Positions 34,335 through 42,781 of a stretch of 64,000 bases of DNA are shown here, piece by piece (within the stretch, counting starts at the first letter, position 1; every line of letters begins with the position of its first letter). The DNA comes from Gemmatimonadota bacterium. GTDB taxonomy: Bacteria > Gemmatimonadota > Gemmatimonadetes > Longimicrobiales > Gaopeijiaceae. The notes beneath the pieces were generated by a model. It did no database searches. It worked only from the letters and a program-made list of their open reading frames with translations, and was not told where the DNA came from. The stretch is taken from the NCBI GenBank assembly GCA_034521595.1, contig JAXHMG010000003.1, positions 1,920,001 through 1,984,000 on the forward strand, given 5' to 3'. A program made the translations under genes and the position numbers.

Positions 34335-34738
34335 GGGTCTTTCTCGACACGAACGTCCTCGTTTCGGCATTCGGTACGCGAGGGCTCTGCTCCGACGTCT
34401 TTCACGTCGTGCTCGCCGAACACCAGCTCGTCCTCGGGACCACGGTCCTCGACGAGCTCCCTCACGTGCTCACCCGGAAGTTCCGCGCGGCCGAATCCCT
34501 GGCGCGAGAGGCCACGGACTTTCTGCGCCAGCAGGCGCACGTGGTGGAAGCGAGCACCGACGTCGGATTCGAGATCCGCGACCCTGACGATGTGCCCGTC
34601 GTCGGCGAGGCGCTAGCTGGTCAGGTCGATGTCCTCGTGACCGGGGACGCGGACATCCTGGATGTGGCAGACACAGCGCCGATCCGAATCCTGAGCCCGC
34701 GCGCGTTCTGGGAGTCGTTGCGCACGGAAGGTCGGTGA
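34331..34738 (+). CDS. PIN-family toxin
   Basis: FLDTNVLVSA, RDPDD, LVTGDADIL. Confidence 0.9.
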   Translation: MRVFLDTNVLVSAFGTRGLCSDVFHVVLAEHQLVLGTTVLDELPHVLTRKFRAAESLAREATDFLRQQAHVVEASTDVGFEIRDPDDVPVVGEALAGQVDVLVTGDADILDVADTAPIRILSPRAFWESLRTEGR

Positions 34739-34784
34739 GCGTCAGCACCTCACGTCGCCCCATCGAACTGTCCGGAGCAACCGA

Positions 34785-35930
34785 TCAATCGCCATAGATT
34801 GTCGTCAGGATCGGAGCGGAGAAGTAAGTCAACTGTGGAGCGCCCTTCAGGAGCCGCACGATTCCGGCTCGTTCCAGTTTCCGGAGATCGCTGCGTGCCG
34901 TGGGGTAGGTTACATCGAACCGATCCCGTGCGTCCGTCACCCGAACCATTGGATTCAAGAAGAGCTCGTCCACAAGAGCCGAGAGCCTGGTGCTGGCCCC
35001 CATCTGGTTCACCCGCTCGTGGAAATCCCGATTCAACTCGATCAATGCTCCGCAACGTGCGGCCGTGTCTTCGGCCTGGACCACGACTCCCTCGAGGCAG
35101 AAACGGATCCAACTGTCCCAGTCTCTGCGAGAGCTCACGGCAAACATCAGGTCGATGTAGTCGTCCTTGTTCCTGTCGAAGAAGTCGCTCATGTAGAGCC
35201 ACGGCGCCGAGAGCTCACACCATTCCTCGATCGAGATGGCGAGAAGCAGTCTTCCGACGCGGCCGTTCCCATCCATGAATGGATGGATGGTCTCGAACTG
35301 ATAGTGAGCTACGAAAGAACGCACGAGCGGGTCGAGACCGTCGTCCGCATGCAGGTACTTCTCGAAGTTGTCCAAGAGATCCGGGACGAGATTCGCTGGC
35401 GGAGGGACGAACCTGGGTGGGCGACCGACTTGGTTCTGGAGCCGTCGAAATTCTCCGGGAGCGCGATCGGACCCACGGACCCCGTCCATCAGAACTTCGT
35501 GAAGCGTCTTGGTGAGCCTCCATGAAAGCGGAAGGTCATCCTTTTCTCGTCGCAGTCGCAGAGCACGAGCGTAATTGGAGACCTCTCGCCGAGCATTTCT
35601 GGGATCTGCCACATTTCGGGGCAACTCCGGCTCGAGCTCGAAGAGCATCTGCTCTTCGGGCTCGGTATACGTCCCCTCGAGACTCGAAGATTTCTGTGCT
35701 TCTCGATTCTGGAGCGGCCGGAGCAGCAGGTCGGGATTGGGTAGATACCGACCGACGCCATTCAGATCCGCCAAGGCGACTCGGGCCTCGGTTAGGAGCG
35801 GCCATAAGCCCGCTGGAAACGTCCAATCCGGAGGCAGGGGATCCGGGCAGAACGCGTGCGTAACGTCCCGAACGCCCGAGACGGGGACCAGCTTACCAGG
35901 GGACTTCGGGCCAAAAGCCGAAGGGTCCAT
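34785..35930 (-). CDS. Fic family protein (Fic_N/class II-like)
   Basis: HPFMDGNGRVGR, SSSLEG, C-terminal wHTH-like region. Confidence 0.93.
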   Translation of the reverse strand: MDPSAFGPKSPGKLVPVSGVRDVTHAFCPDPLPPDWTFPAGLWPLLTEARVALADLNGVGRYLPNPDLLLRPLQNREAQKSSSLEGTYTEPEEQMLFELEPELPRNVADPRNARREVSNYARALRLRREKDDLPLSWRLTKTLHEVLMDGVRGSDRAPGEFRRLQNQVGRPPRFVPPPANLVPDLLDNFEKYLHADDGLDPLVRSFVAHYQFETIHPFMDGNGRVGRLLLAISIEEWCELSAPWLYMSDFFDRNKDDYIDLMFAVSSRRDWDSWIRFCLEGVVVQAEDTAARCGALIELNRDFHERVNQMGASTRLSALVDELFLNPMVRVTDARDRFDVTYPTARSDLRKLERAGIVRLLKGAPQLTYFSAPILTTIYGD

Positions 35931-36010
35931 TCGAGCGAGGGCAGGAGGCTTTAACGGAGCGCGATGTGATTAAAATCTTGCGCGATAAATTTTAACGCAA
36001 GGACCCTTCG

Positions 36011-36190
36011 TTAAACTCGATTCAAGTCCCGCTCGACATCCAGGTCGTAGGCGGTCTGAAGATTGAGCCAGAAGCGCTCCGACGTGCCGAAGTACCGCGC
36101 GAGCCGGAGCGCCGTGTCCGCCGTCACCGACCGCTTGCCATGAACGATCTCGTTGATGCGACGGGGTGGGACGCTGATATCCTTGGCCGA
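36011..36190 (-). pseudogene. HigA/VapI antitoxin, 5'-truncated
   Basis: RINEIVHGKRSVTADTALRLARYFGTSERFWLNLQ; N-terminal HPGE segment absent. Confidence 0.8.
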
Positions 36191-36282
36191 CGTGTTTGGT
36201 CGATCGGATCCCACTACCGCCGGCAGGCCGGAACCACGATCCTCGCTTCGACCCATCCGCACCTGAAGGAGTCCGCAGGCCC

Positions 36283-37239
36283 ATGAAGGTTCTCGTCACC
36301 GGAGCAGCCGGGTTCATCGGCTCTCATGTCACCGACCGGCTGCTCGCGAGGGGCGACCACGTTCACGGGCTGGATTCGTTCGATGACTTCTATCCCGGGG
36401 AGGTGAAGCGCAATCAGCTGGACGGGGCCATGTCCCGCGCGTCGTTCAGCCTGACGGAGGGCGACATTCGCGACATCGAGATCCTGGAGCGCCTTCCGGA
36501 GGATCTCGACGCGATCGTGCACTTCGCGGCGCGCGTCGGTGTGCGGCCTTCGATTGCGAACCCGGCGCTGTACTCGGACGTGAACGTCACGGGCACGGCC
36601 CGCCTGTTGGAGTTCGCCCGCCAACGAAACATCCGCACCTTCGTCTTCGCTTCGTCCAGCTCCATCTACGGGAACAACCGTAAGGTCCCGTTTTCGGAGT
36701 CCGACCGGGTGGACCATCCGATTTCTCCCTACGCCGCGACCAAGAAGGCGGGCGAGCTCCTCTGCCACGCCGCCACGCACCTGGACGGCATCAGCACGGT
36801 TTGCCTTCGCTTCTTCACGGTGTACGGACCTCGCCAGCGCCCCGACCTGGCCATGCACAAGTTCGCCGGACTTCTTCGAGACGGCACGCCGATTCCGCTC
36901 TTCGGCGACGGCACGTCCCGGCGAGATTACACGTTCATCGACGATGCCTGCGACGGCGTGCTCGCCGCCCTGGACTGGGCGTCGCAGGAAGGGGCCCGGC
37001 ACGAAGTGATCAACCTCGGGGGAGGTGAGCCGATCGCCTTGCAGGACATGATCGATGTCCTCGCCGACGAAATGAACGTCGAGCCGCGCATCCGGCACCT
37101 TCCCCCGCAACCGGGAGACGTCGAACGAACGTTCGCGGATATCGAGAAGGCGGAGCGCCTACTGGGATACCGGCCGCAGGTGGACTTTCGAGTCGGGATC
37201 CGGCGGTTTCTCGAGTGGTTTCACGGCCGGCCGATCTAG
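36283..37239 (+). CDS. NAD-dependent epimerase (UDP-glucuronate 4-epimerase-like)
   Basis: TGAAGFIGSH, ASSSSIYG, YAATKK, RFFTVYGPRQRPDLA. Confidence 0.92.
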   Translation: MKVLVTGAAGFIGSHVTDRLLARGDHVHGLDSFDDFYPGEVKRNQLDGAMSRASFSLTEGDIRDIEILERLPEDLDAIVHFAARVGVRPSIANPALYSDVNVTGTARLLEFARQRNIRTFVFASSSSIYGNNRKVPFSESDRVDHPISPYAATKKAGELLCHAATHLDGISTVCLRFFTVYGPRQRPDLAMHKFAGLLRDGTPIPLFGDGTSRRDYTFIDDACDGVLAALDWASQEGARHEVINLGGGEPIALQDMIDVLADEMNVEPRIRHLPPQPGDVERTFADIEKAERLLGYRPQVDFRVGIRRFLEWFHGRPI

Positions 37240-37530
37240 TTACCCTCGCTCCTTCCAGTATCCCGGTCGCCGACGCAGGTGCATTACAGCCTGAACGACG
37301 ACAACGTCCGAATCCTCGCGGTAGATCACGGCGAAGGGGAACCGCCTGCAGAAGGCTCGACGATACGGACCTTCGAGAGGACTTCCAGCTCCGGGATTCT
37401 CGGAGATGTGTCGGAAGACCCGCTGAGCCTCTTCGAAAAAATCACGTCCCAACCCTGCGGCCCGTTCCTCGTAGAAAGCCGAGGCCTCAGCGACCTCGGC
37501 CCGGGCCAGTGGATGAAGTCGTACTACCAC
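37240..37530 (-). CDS. RelE/ParE family toxin
   Basis: HPLARAE, FYEERAAGLG, RFPFAVIY, HLRRRPGYW. Confidence 0.9.
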   Translation of the reverse strand: MVVRLHPLARAEVAEASAFYEERAAGLGRDFFEEAQRVFRHISENPGAGSPLEGPYRRAFCRRFPFAVIYREDSDVVVVQAVMHLRRRPGYWKERG

Positions 37531-37745
37531 CCAAACCGTTCGCGGATGGAGGTCAGGGCATCTTCGAGCGGGATGGTCTCTACTGCGCCGGACTGGATCT
37601 CCTGATCCCTCCGTCGGACCTCGGCGATCCAGGCAGCTTCGATCTCAGCGTCCTCGTCCAGGCTGGCGATGAGGCGCTCCGCGAGCCGAGCTCGCTCAGC
37701 GGTCGGAAGCTGCAGAAGCTCCTGTTCGATCTGGTCGGTGGTCAT
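37524..37745 (-). CDS. Addiction-module antitoxin
   Basis: LPTAERARLAERLIASLD, AWIAEVRRR. Confidence 0.88.
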   Translation of the reverse strand: MTTDQIEQELLQLPTAERARLAERLIASLDEDAEIEAAWIAEVRRRDQEIQSGAVETIPLEDALTSIRERFGW

Positions 37746-37844
37746 GGTCTTCTCGAGAAGGGTCGAATCGTTCCCAACGATACCTTCCTACACCACACCG
37801 GGCCACTTCGTTGACCCGTGTCCGTTAATACACGGATTTCCAAG

Positions 37845-37908
37845 CTTCAATCTCCCCGACGAAACGGGGCGCCAGAATACGGCGATGCGACGGCTGACGC
37901 CGCCCGCA
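37845..37908. repeat. 64-bp diverged direct repeat, copy A (copy B at 41001-41064)
   Basis: Ungapped alignment 53/64 identical. Confidence 0.85.
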
Positions 37909-37993
37909 GTCGAGCCGGACCGTCCATTCGGTCCAACACCGCGTTGTACTGGGCCCAAGCTTCCGGGTCGGTATCCAGGGGGCGTGAGATCAT
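37900..37993 (-). pseudogene. N-terminal fragment of a small antitoxin-like protein
   Basis: MISRPLDTDPEAWAQYNAVLDRMDGPARLRAA resembles small proteins found upstream of nucleotidyltransferase genes; similarity ends at the repeat. Confidence 0.4.
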
Positions 37994-38077
37994 GCCAAGA
38001 ATCTACACTCGCCCACGGACACGTGCACGGTAAAGCCCCGGTGCGGCCGGCGCCCCGCGACGGGGTGGAAGGTGCGG

Positions 38078-38374
38078 TCAGTAATGGTATCGGCACATCA
38101 AGAAGTCGATGCGCTCATCCCGGACCAAATATACGAGACGATGCTCCTGAGTGATTCTCCGAGACCAGATATCGGCACCGAGGTGACGGAGAGGTTCAGG
38201 TTTTCCGATGCCGTGAACGGGGTCCCGCATCACGGCCTCGATGAGCTTCAGAACCCGAAGCGCAGTCTTCCGATCGGTATCGACCCAGAAGCGGAGGTCC
38301 TCCCGAAATTCGTCCTGAAATACCGACAGCCGAACGTCCGCGTCGAGATCATCCTTCCGTTTCTTCGAGGCCAA
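38078..38374 (-). CDS. yoeB: Txe/YoeB toxin
   Basis: GIGKPEPLR, WSRRITQEHRLVY, C-terminal RYHY. Confidence 0.95.
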   Translation of the reverse strand: MASKKRKDDLDADVRLSVFQDEFREDLRFWVDTDRKTALRVLKLIEAVMRDPVHGIGKPEPLRHLGADIWSRRITQEHRLVYLVRDERIDFLMCRYHY

Positions 38375-38639
38375 CTTCGCTTCGGAGCTCGTCGAGGGTC
38401 TCGGGGGCTACGCGGGACTCCAGCGAACGCTGAAGTGCACGGAGGAGGCGGCGTGCGTTCTCGGGAGAACGGAGCAAGTGGGCGGTTTCCTCAATGGAAC
38501 GATACTCAGCCGCGGGGAGCAGAACCATTTCTTCGCGGCTCCGGCGAGAGATGTAAACCGGTTCCTGATCGTCCGCGGCTTGGTCGAGCAGCGACGCGAA
38601 GTTCTGTCGCGCGTAGCTATATGAAACCTTGGTGGCCAT
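38349..38639 (-). CDS. yefM: Phd/YefM antitoxin
   Basis: SYSYARQNFA, EETAHLLRSPENARRL. Confidence 0.95.
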   Translation of the reverse strand: MATKVSYSYARQNFASLLDQAADDQEPVYISRRSREEMVLLPAAEYRSIEETAHLLRSPENARRLLRALQRSLESRVAPETLDELRSEVGLEETEG

Positions 38640-38656
38640 GGGAAAGCTCCAGAGTA

Positions 38657-38677
38657 CTTGTACAAGGACAATGTACA
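38657..38677. promoter_or_regulatory. YefM operator (paired TGTACA palindromes)
   Basis: CTTGTACAAG plus a second TGTACA 13 bp away, just upstream of yefM; TGTACA is the known YefM/Axe operator core. Confidence 0.75.
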
Positions 38678-38754
38678 ACTACGGCGTATGAGTCAAGGGT
38701 GGGGTATGACGACTCCGGGCGTGGAATGTCAACGCCGCCGCCAGAGCAGGACGT

Positions 38755-39009
38755 TCAGCGGATCGCTTCTGCCTCATCGAGTCGGCGGCGGAGTCCATCC
38801 GGCGCGACGTCGAGACCTCCCGGCCAGGCGATGGTGCCGGAGTCCTCATCGATGTACACCTTACGAAACTCCCTCTCGTCCTCCCACACGGCAAAAACGC
38901 CCTGCCCCACGAGATGGGCCAATGAGACCTCGCCTTCCTGCCCATCCGCGAAGCGGATCCAGACGCGATAGTGCGCCCGAGGTTCGACGGCGACGATTCG
39001 GTCGAGCAT
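38755..39009 (-). CDS. DUF2442 protein (antitoxin-like)
   Basis: YRVWIRFADG, GTIAWPGGLDVAPD. Confidence 0.85.
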   Translation of the reverse strand: MLDRIVAVEPRAHYRVWIRFADGQEGEVSLAHLVGQGVFAVWEDEREFRKVYIDEDSGTIAWPGGLDVAPDGLRRRLDEAEAIR

Positions 39010-39011
39010 AG

Positions 39012-39272
39012 TCACTCCAGAGGTTCGATTCTGGACAAGGTTTCCTTGGCAACCGCCTCGCGCCAGACCTGCCGTAGTGCCTGACGATGCCGGGCGGCCC
39101 ACTCCGCCACCAGCCCCATCGCCCTCGGCGGCAGATCCCCTCGTAATACCCGCCCATCATCGATTCGGATCACGGCCTCCGCCCCGGCGTACCGCGCATG
39201 GAAATGCGGCGGTGCGTGGTCGTCGAAGTAGACGTAGATCGAGATGCCGAAGAACTCGGAAACCTTGGGCAC
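39012..39272 (-). CDS. DUF4160 protein (toxin-like)
   Basis: PKVSEFFGISI, DHAPPHFHARY, LVAEWA, IEPLE. Confidence 0.88.
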   Translation of the reverse strand: MPKVSEFFGISIYVYFDDHAPPHFHARYAGAEAVIRIDDGRVLRGDLPPRAMGLVAEWAARHRQALRQVWREAVAKETLSRIEPLE

Positions 39273-39375
39273 GATCGGGACCTGAAGAGGAGCGCGTAGC
39301 CAGATTGAGGTCCCACACGCTACTTCCCGGATCGGGGCGTTCCGATGGCAGGATCGGCCGGGGTCGTCCTCGACC

Positions 39376-39594
39376 TCACCCGCGCTCGAACGACAGCGGT
39401 TCGGTCCGACCGTTCTCGGCCGCGATCGCTGCCGCATCCGCGAGGCGACCCAACGCGTCCTGAGATCGTCCGAAGCGCTCGTCCCAAAGGGCTTCGTCTT
39501 CGAGCTCGGCGAGGATCTCCTGCGCCAAGCGATCCTGCTCGCTGGCCGGCAGGGTAGCGGCTCGCTTGAAGGCCTTATCCAGTAGCTCCGTCAT
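39376..39594 (-). CDS. Orphan antitoxin-like protein; the coupled toxin is reduced to a stub
   Basis: MTELLDKAF...EQDRLA...WDERFGRSQDALGRLAD; an overlapping GTG start gives MRSRTTP, then similarity is lost. Confidence 0.7.
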   Translation of the reverse strand: MTELLDKAFKRAATLPASEQDRLAQEILAELEDEALWDERFGRSQDALGRLADAAAIAAENGRTEPLSFERG

Positions 39595-39754
39595 GGAACG
39601 CTCCGTCTCCTCTCCTCGACGTAGTAACGGTTCCGTCGTCGGGTGTATCCGGCGCGGCCGACCACGGATCCGACTCACGTGGGCCGATTCGAGAATACGA
39701 TGCACTCGGCTTCCGGGCCACGATCGTCCGAGTGTCAACGAGGTGGAGCCATGT

Positions 39755-40573
39755 CTAGAGTGGCGCAGCAGCATGTGCATCCGTGACCTCGGACAGTTCG
39801 AAGTAATCGAGGTTGAGGGTGCTGATCTCCGAATACCTCAAGAGGAATAGGTCTCCTCGGATATCGTAGTAACGATCGTCGGGGAAGTCGTTGCTGGCCG
39901 GTGAGGTTTCGGGGTGAGGGGATCGATCGTCCGTGATGTGTCGGCGATGAGCCATACGCAGGAATATCTTGTCCAACTCGCCATGACGTCCAAACGAGAA
40001 GTCAGCAACCAATCCTCGGTACAAGTACGCTTGATCTCCGTGGCATACGACGGCTGACAGATAGACGCCGTCGATCTCAGTGGAATCATCGGGCATTTCT
40101 GCGAACTGGAGGATCTCGCCAGTCAGTAGGTAGTACCATTCGTTATTGAACCGCAGAGCACGATGCCTAAGATCGAGCTTGAAGTGGCGGACAAGCCAAT
40201 GAGTTCCGACACCAAGCAGTGCTGCGGCGGTGCAGAGGCTGAACAGGTAGCCCGAGATCGGAAGGAGGTGGCCAGAGACCGCGCTCAACGCGGCATGAAA
40301 CGTGGCCGCACTGGAGTCGTACGCCCCACTGAGGAGGAGCAGAACAGATTCAAGGTCGATGTCCCGGCCCCAACTGGGGATGATCGGCACGACCTTGACC
40401 CAGGCGGCGTGTAGAGGAACCGCGAATGCGAGCCCGTAGGCTATCTCATCTGTCAGGCTGCCCAGTGAGGTCGGACTCGCCCATCGCCATGGCCCCCGGG
40501 CATATGAATAGCGGAGGGTGATGCCCGGAAGAGTCAGCAGAAAAAGGAGAAGGACCGGAAAGGCGAGGTTCAC
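39755..40573 (-). CDS. Membrane protein (DUF6338-like)
   Basis: LLTLPG N-terminal TM, about 3 TMs, NEWYY, YLYRG soluble C-terminal domain. Confidence 0.7.
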   Translation of the reverse strand: MNLAFPVLLLFLLTLPGITLRYSYARGPWRWASPTSLGSLTDEIAYGLAFAVPLHAAWVKVVPIIPSWGRDIDLESVLLLLSGAYDSSAATFHAALSAVSGHLLPISGYLFSLCTAAALLGVGTHWLVRHFKLDLRHRALRFNNEWYYLLTGEILQFAEMPDDSTEIDGVYLSAVVCHGDQAYLYRGLVADFSFGRHGELDKIFLRMAHRRHITDDRSPHPETSPASNDFPDDRYYDIRGDLFLLRYSEISTLNLDYFELSEVTDAHAAAPL

Positions 40574-40585
40574 CTAAGGCACCGG

Positions 40586-40810
40586 CTACCCGTCGGACAT
40601 CACACGCGCCGACCGTGCGGCAGCATACCGCTCAGACTGCTCCCGCTCTGTAGCTATCTCCAAGGGCCCTACATCAGTACGCAGGCTGTAGGTCGTGCTA
40701 CCAACGACGACCTGGCCCCGTCCACCGTTGATCAGGGAGTTCCGAAGCTGATGTCGAGCGCTGGGGCTGCTCAGAACCTTCTGAAGACTCTTGGAAATGC
40801 GACCCTTCAT
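40586..40810 (-). CDS. Small hypothetical protein
   Basis: 74 aa with GAGGGAA RBS, 12 bp upstream of the membrane gene. Confidence 0.6.
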   Translation of the reverse strand: MKGRISKSLQKVLSSPSARHQLRNSLINGGRGQVVVGSTTYSLRTDVGPLEIATEREQSERYAAARSARVMSDG

Positions 40811-41000
40811 AATTCCCTCACTTAAGCCCGAAGGTACACCGAAAAGTACTTAGGTCTTTGACCAAGGGCAATGAAGCGATCACCGAGCTTCCTGTCATGA
40901 CGCTCAAGGACCCGCATTCCCGACCTTCGATTCCCAGTCGGGACCATGGCGCGCTCGGAGAAGCCGTTCACTGCGCAAAGGGCTTCGTCCTGGTGCCCGC

Positions 41001-41064
41001 CTTCAACCTCCCCCACCCTACAGGGCGCCAGAATACACCGATGGGACGGCTGACACCGCCGGCA
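41001..41064. repeat. 64-bp diverged direct repeat, copy B
   Basis: Lies immediately downstream of the Wzi-like stop codon; matches 37845-37908. Confidence 0.85.
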
Positions 41065-41071
41065 CAGCCCC

Positions 41072-42733
41072 CTACCGCGGCCGCCACCGGGCCGAGAGGC
41101 TCAGATTCACGTTCCAGACGTCGTTGCCACGGTCGAAGTAGCGGTTGAGCTCCCTGGTGAGCGTCAGGCCCCCACCGAGATCGAACGGACCCGCGAACAC
41201 CAGCGCTTCCAAGCCGGCGCTCAGTCCCACGTGGTGGCAGCAGAAGTCGAGATCATTCGCCTCGGCGAACGCGTAGTACGCGTCGTTGTCGTGGATGCGC
41301 CGCTCCAGGAGCAGGCGGGCGCGCCCCCAGTCCTCGTATAGCTCAGTGGTGATCACCTGAGCGTTGCCACCGGGCCCCACGTTGGAGCCGATCGCCTGCC
41401 CTTCGTTCGTATAGCCCTGACGGACGATGTGGTGCGCATAGAACACCGGGGTCGGCCGGACCTCGGTCGTGCGGCCGCGCTGGAGGTTGATCATCTCCGC
41501 ACCGACGGCGAGGCGCCGTCCGTCCTCCAGGCTCGTAGCCTTCCTCAGGCCCAGCACGTACCCCTGCGAGTGCTCCGGCTCCATGAAGTAATCGCGGAAG
41601 TTCCAACTGTGGTCGTTGCGCGCCCACTCTCCGTAGAGCTCGAGGCCGCTCTCGGGAAAGACCCAGCGCATGAAGAGGGAGAGCATCTGGTCTTCGCGAT
41701 CGTTCCCCTGAGGGTTGTCGGGCGTCGCGAGGCCCTCCTTGCGCACGCCCTGGAGCACGAGGAAGAAGTCGCCAAGCTCCGGTCCCCCTTCGGGCACGTA
41801 TCCGTAGAACATGCGCGTGGCTCCGAGATGCAAACCCTCGACGAACGCCGGCTGATAGGTGAGGGCGAGGCCCGTGAGGAAACGGTCGGTATCCTCGACC
41901 GAGGGGTCGTAGTGGTCGGACTGGCCGAGACGGCCCCAGACCCACTGCGCCTCCAGGTCTCCAATCCAGATGTCCACCGGGCTCCGCGTACCCAGGAAGC
42001 CGTGCACGATGCCCGGGGCATTGTCGCTCATGAGGATGGAATGATGGATGCCCGGGCCCCACCAGAGGTTGCGACTGCTGAGGCCCAGGGTCACGCCGCG
42101 CGCATCGAGCCGAATCTCGGAGTCGCCGGGGTGCACGGTGGTCACGGTTCCGTCGCCGAACCGCTGCGGCATGTCGATGCGCCGCCAGGGATAGGCCACC
42201 TCCGGCATGCCCGAGGGCGTCTCGGGCGCCAAGTCGAAAGCGGCGTTCTGCGAGACGGTGACGGTGGGCTGCGCCCGCACCGAGAGCCACCCCCAGCGGG
42301 CCCACGCGCCCAGGTCCAGCGCCGTCGTCAAGCCCTTACCCTGCCAGGCCACCCCGTCGTTACCCCCGAACGGATGGCCGGTGTTCGCCCACACACGGGC
42401 CCGAGCTTCGGTCCAGCCTCCGTCCAAGCTCCACGGCGTTCGCACACCCGTATCGCTGCGGTCGTCCCGGCGCATGAATGCGGCGCCGAGCCGGTCCGCC
42501 CACGGGTGACCCGACCGGTCGAGCTGTGGTGGAGCGGCGTCCATCAGCGGCCGGATCGAGAACGCGCTTGGCGAGGCCTCGCCGGCCGGGCTTCGAGGAG
42601 GCGGAGGTAGTCCTCCATGAGGGTCGCCGACGCCGCGGAGGGACTGGGCGGAGGTAGAGACCGGGAGCATGGTCCCGACGCCAACGCCAAGGCGGCACGC
42701 GAGCCAGATTCCGAGCCAGTCGTCGGATGGCAT
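41072..42733 (-). CDS. Capsule assembly Wzi-like outer-membrane barrel (copy 1)
   Basis: NLWWGPG, SDNAPG, IDMPQRFG, YGEWARNDH; start uncertain. Confidence 0.8.
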   Translation of the reverse strand: MPSDDWLGIWLACRLGVGVGTMLPVSTSAQSLRGVGDPHGGLPPPPRSPAGEASPSAFSIRPLMDAAPPQLDRSGHPWADRLGAAFMRRDDRSDTGVRTPWSLDGGWTEARARVWANTGHPFGGNDGVAWQGKGLTTALDLGAWARWGWLSVRAQPTVTVSQNAAFDLAPETPSGMPEVAYPWRRIDMPQRFGDGTVTTVHPGDSEIRLDARGVTLGLSSRNLWWGPGIHHSILMSDNAPGIVHGFLGTRSPVDIWIGDLEAQWVWGRLGQSDHYDPSVEDTDRFLTGLALTYQPAFVEGLHLGATRMFYGYVPEGGPELGDFFLVLQGVRKEGLATPDNPQGNDREDQMLSLFMRWVFPESGLELYGEWARNDHSWNFRDYFMEPEHSQGYVLGLRKATSLEDGRRLAVGAEMINLQRGRTTEVRPTPVFYAHHIVRQGYTNEGQAIGSNVGPGGNAQVITTELYEDWGRARLLLERRIHDNDAYYAFAEANDLDFCCHHVGLSAGLEALVFAGPFDLGGGLTLTRELNRYFDRGNDVWNVNLSLSARWRPR

Positions 42734-42781
42734 CGAGTCGATGAGCTTCGTCCGGGCAGCGCCAGATGCGGAGCGACGGCT

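Noticed and set aside
30187-36256. Weak similarity between 30213 (CCATGATCCCCGC) and 36234 (CCACGATCCTCGC) as a fifth flanking repeat
   Set aside because: Short, gapped and GC-rich; not distinguishable from chance.
30300-41000. Integron or CALIN cassette array
   Set aside because: No intI, no repeated RYYYAAC...GTTRRRY palindromes seen by eye, and the genes are in mixed orientation.
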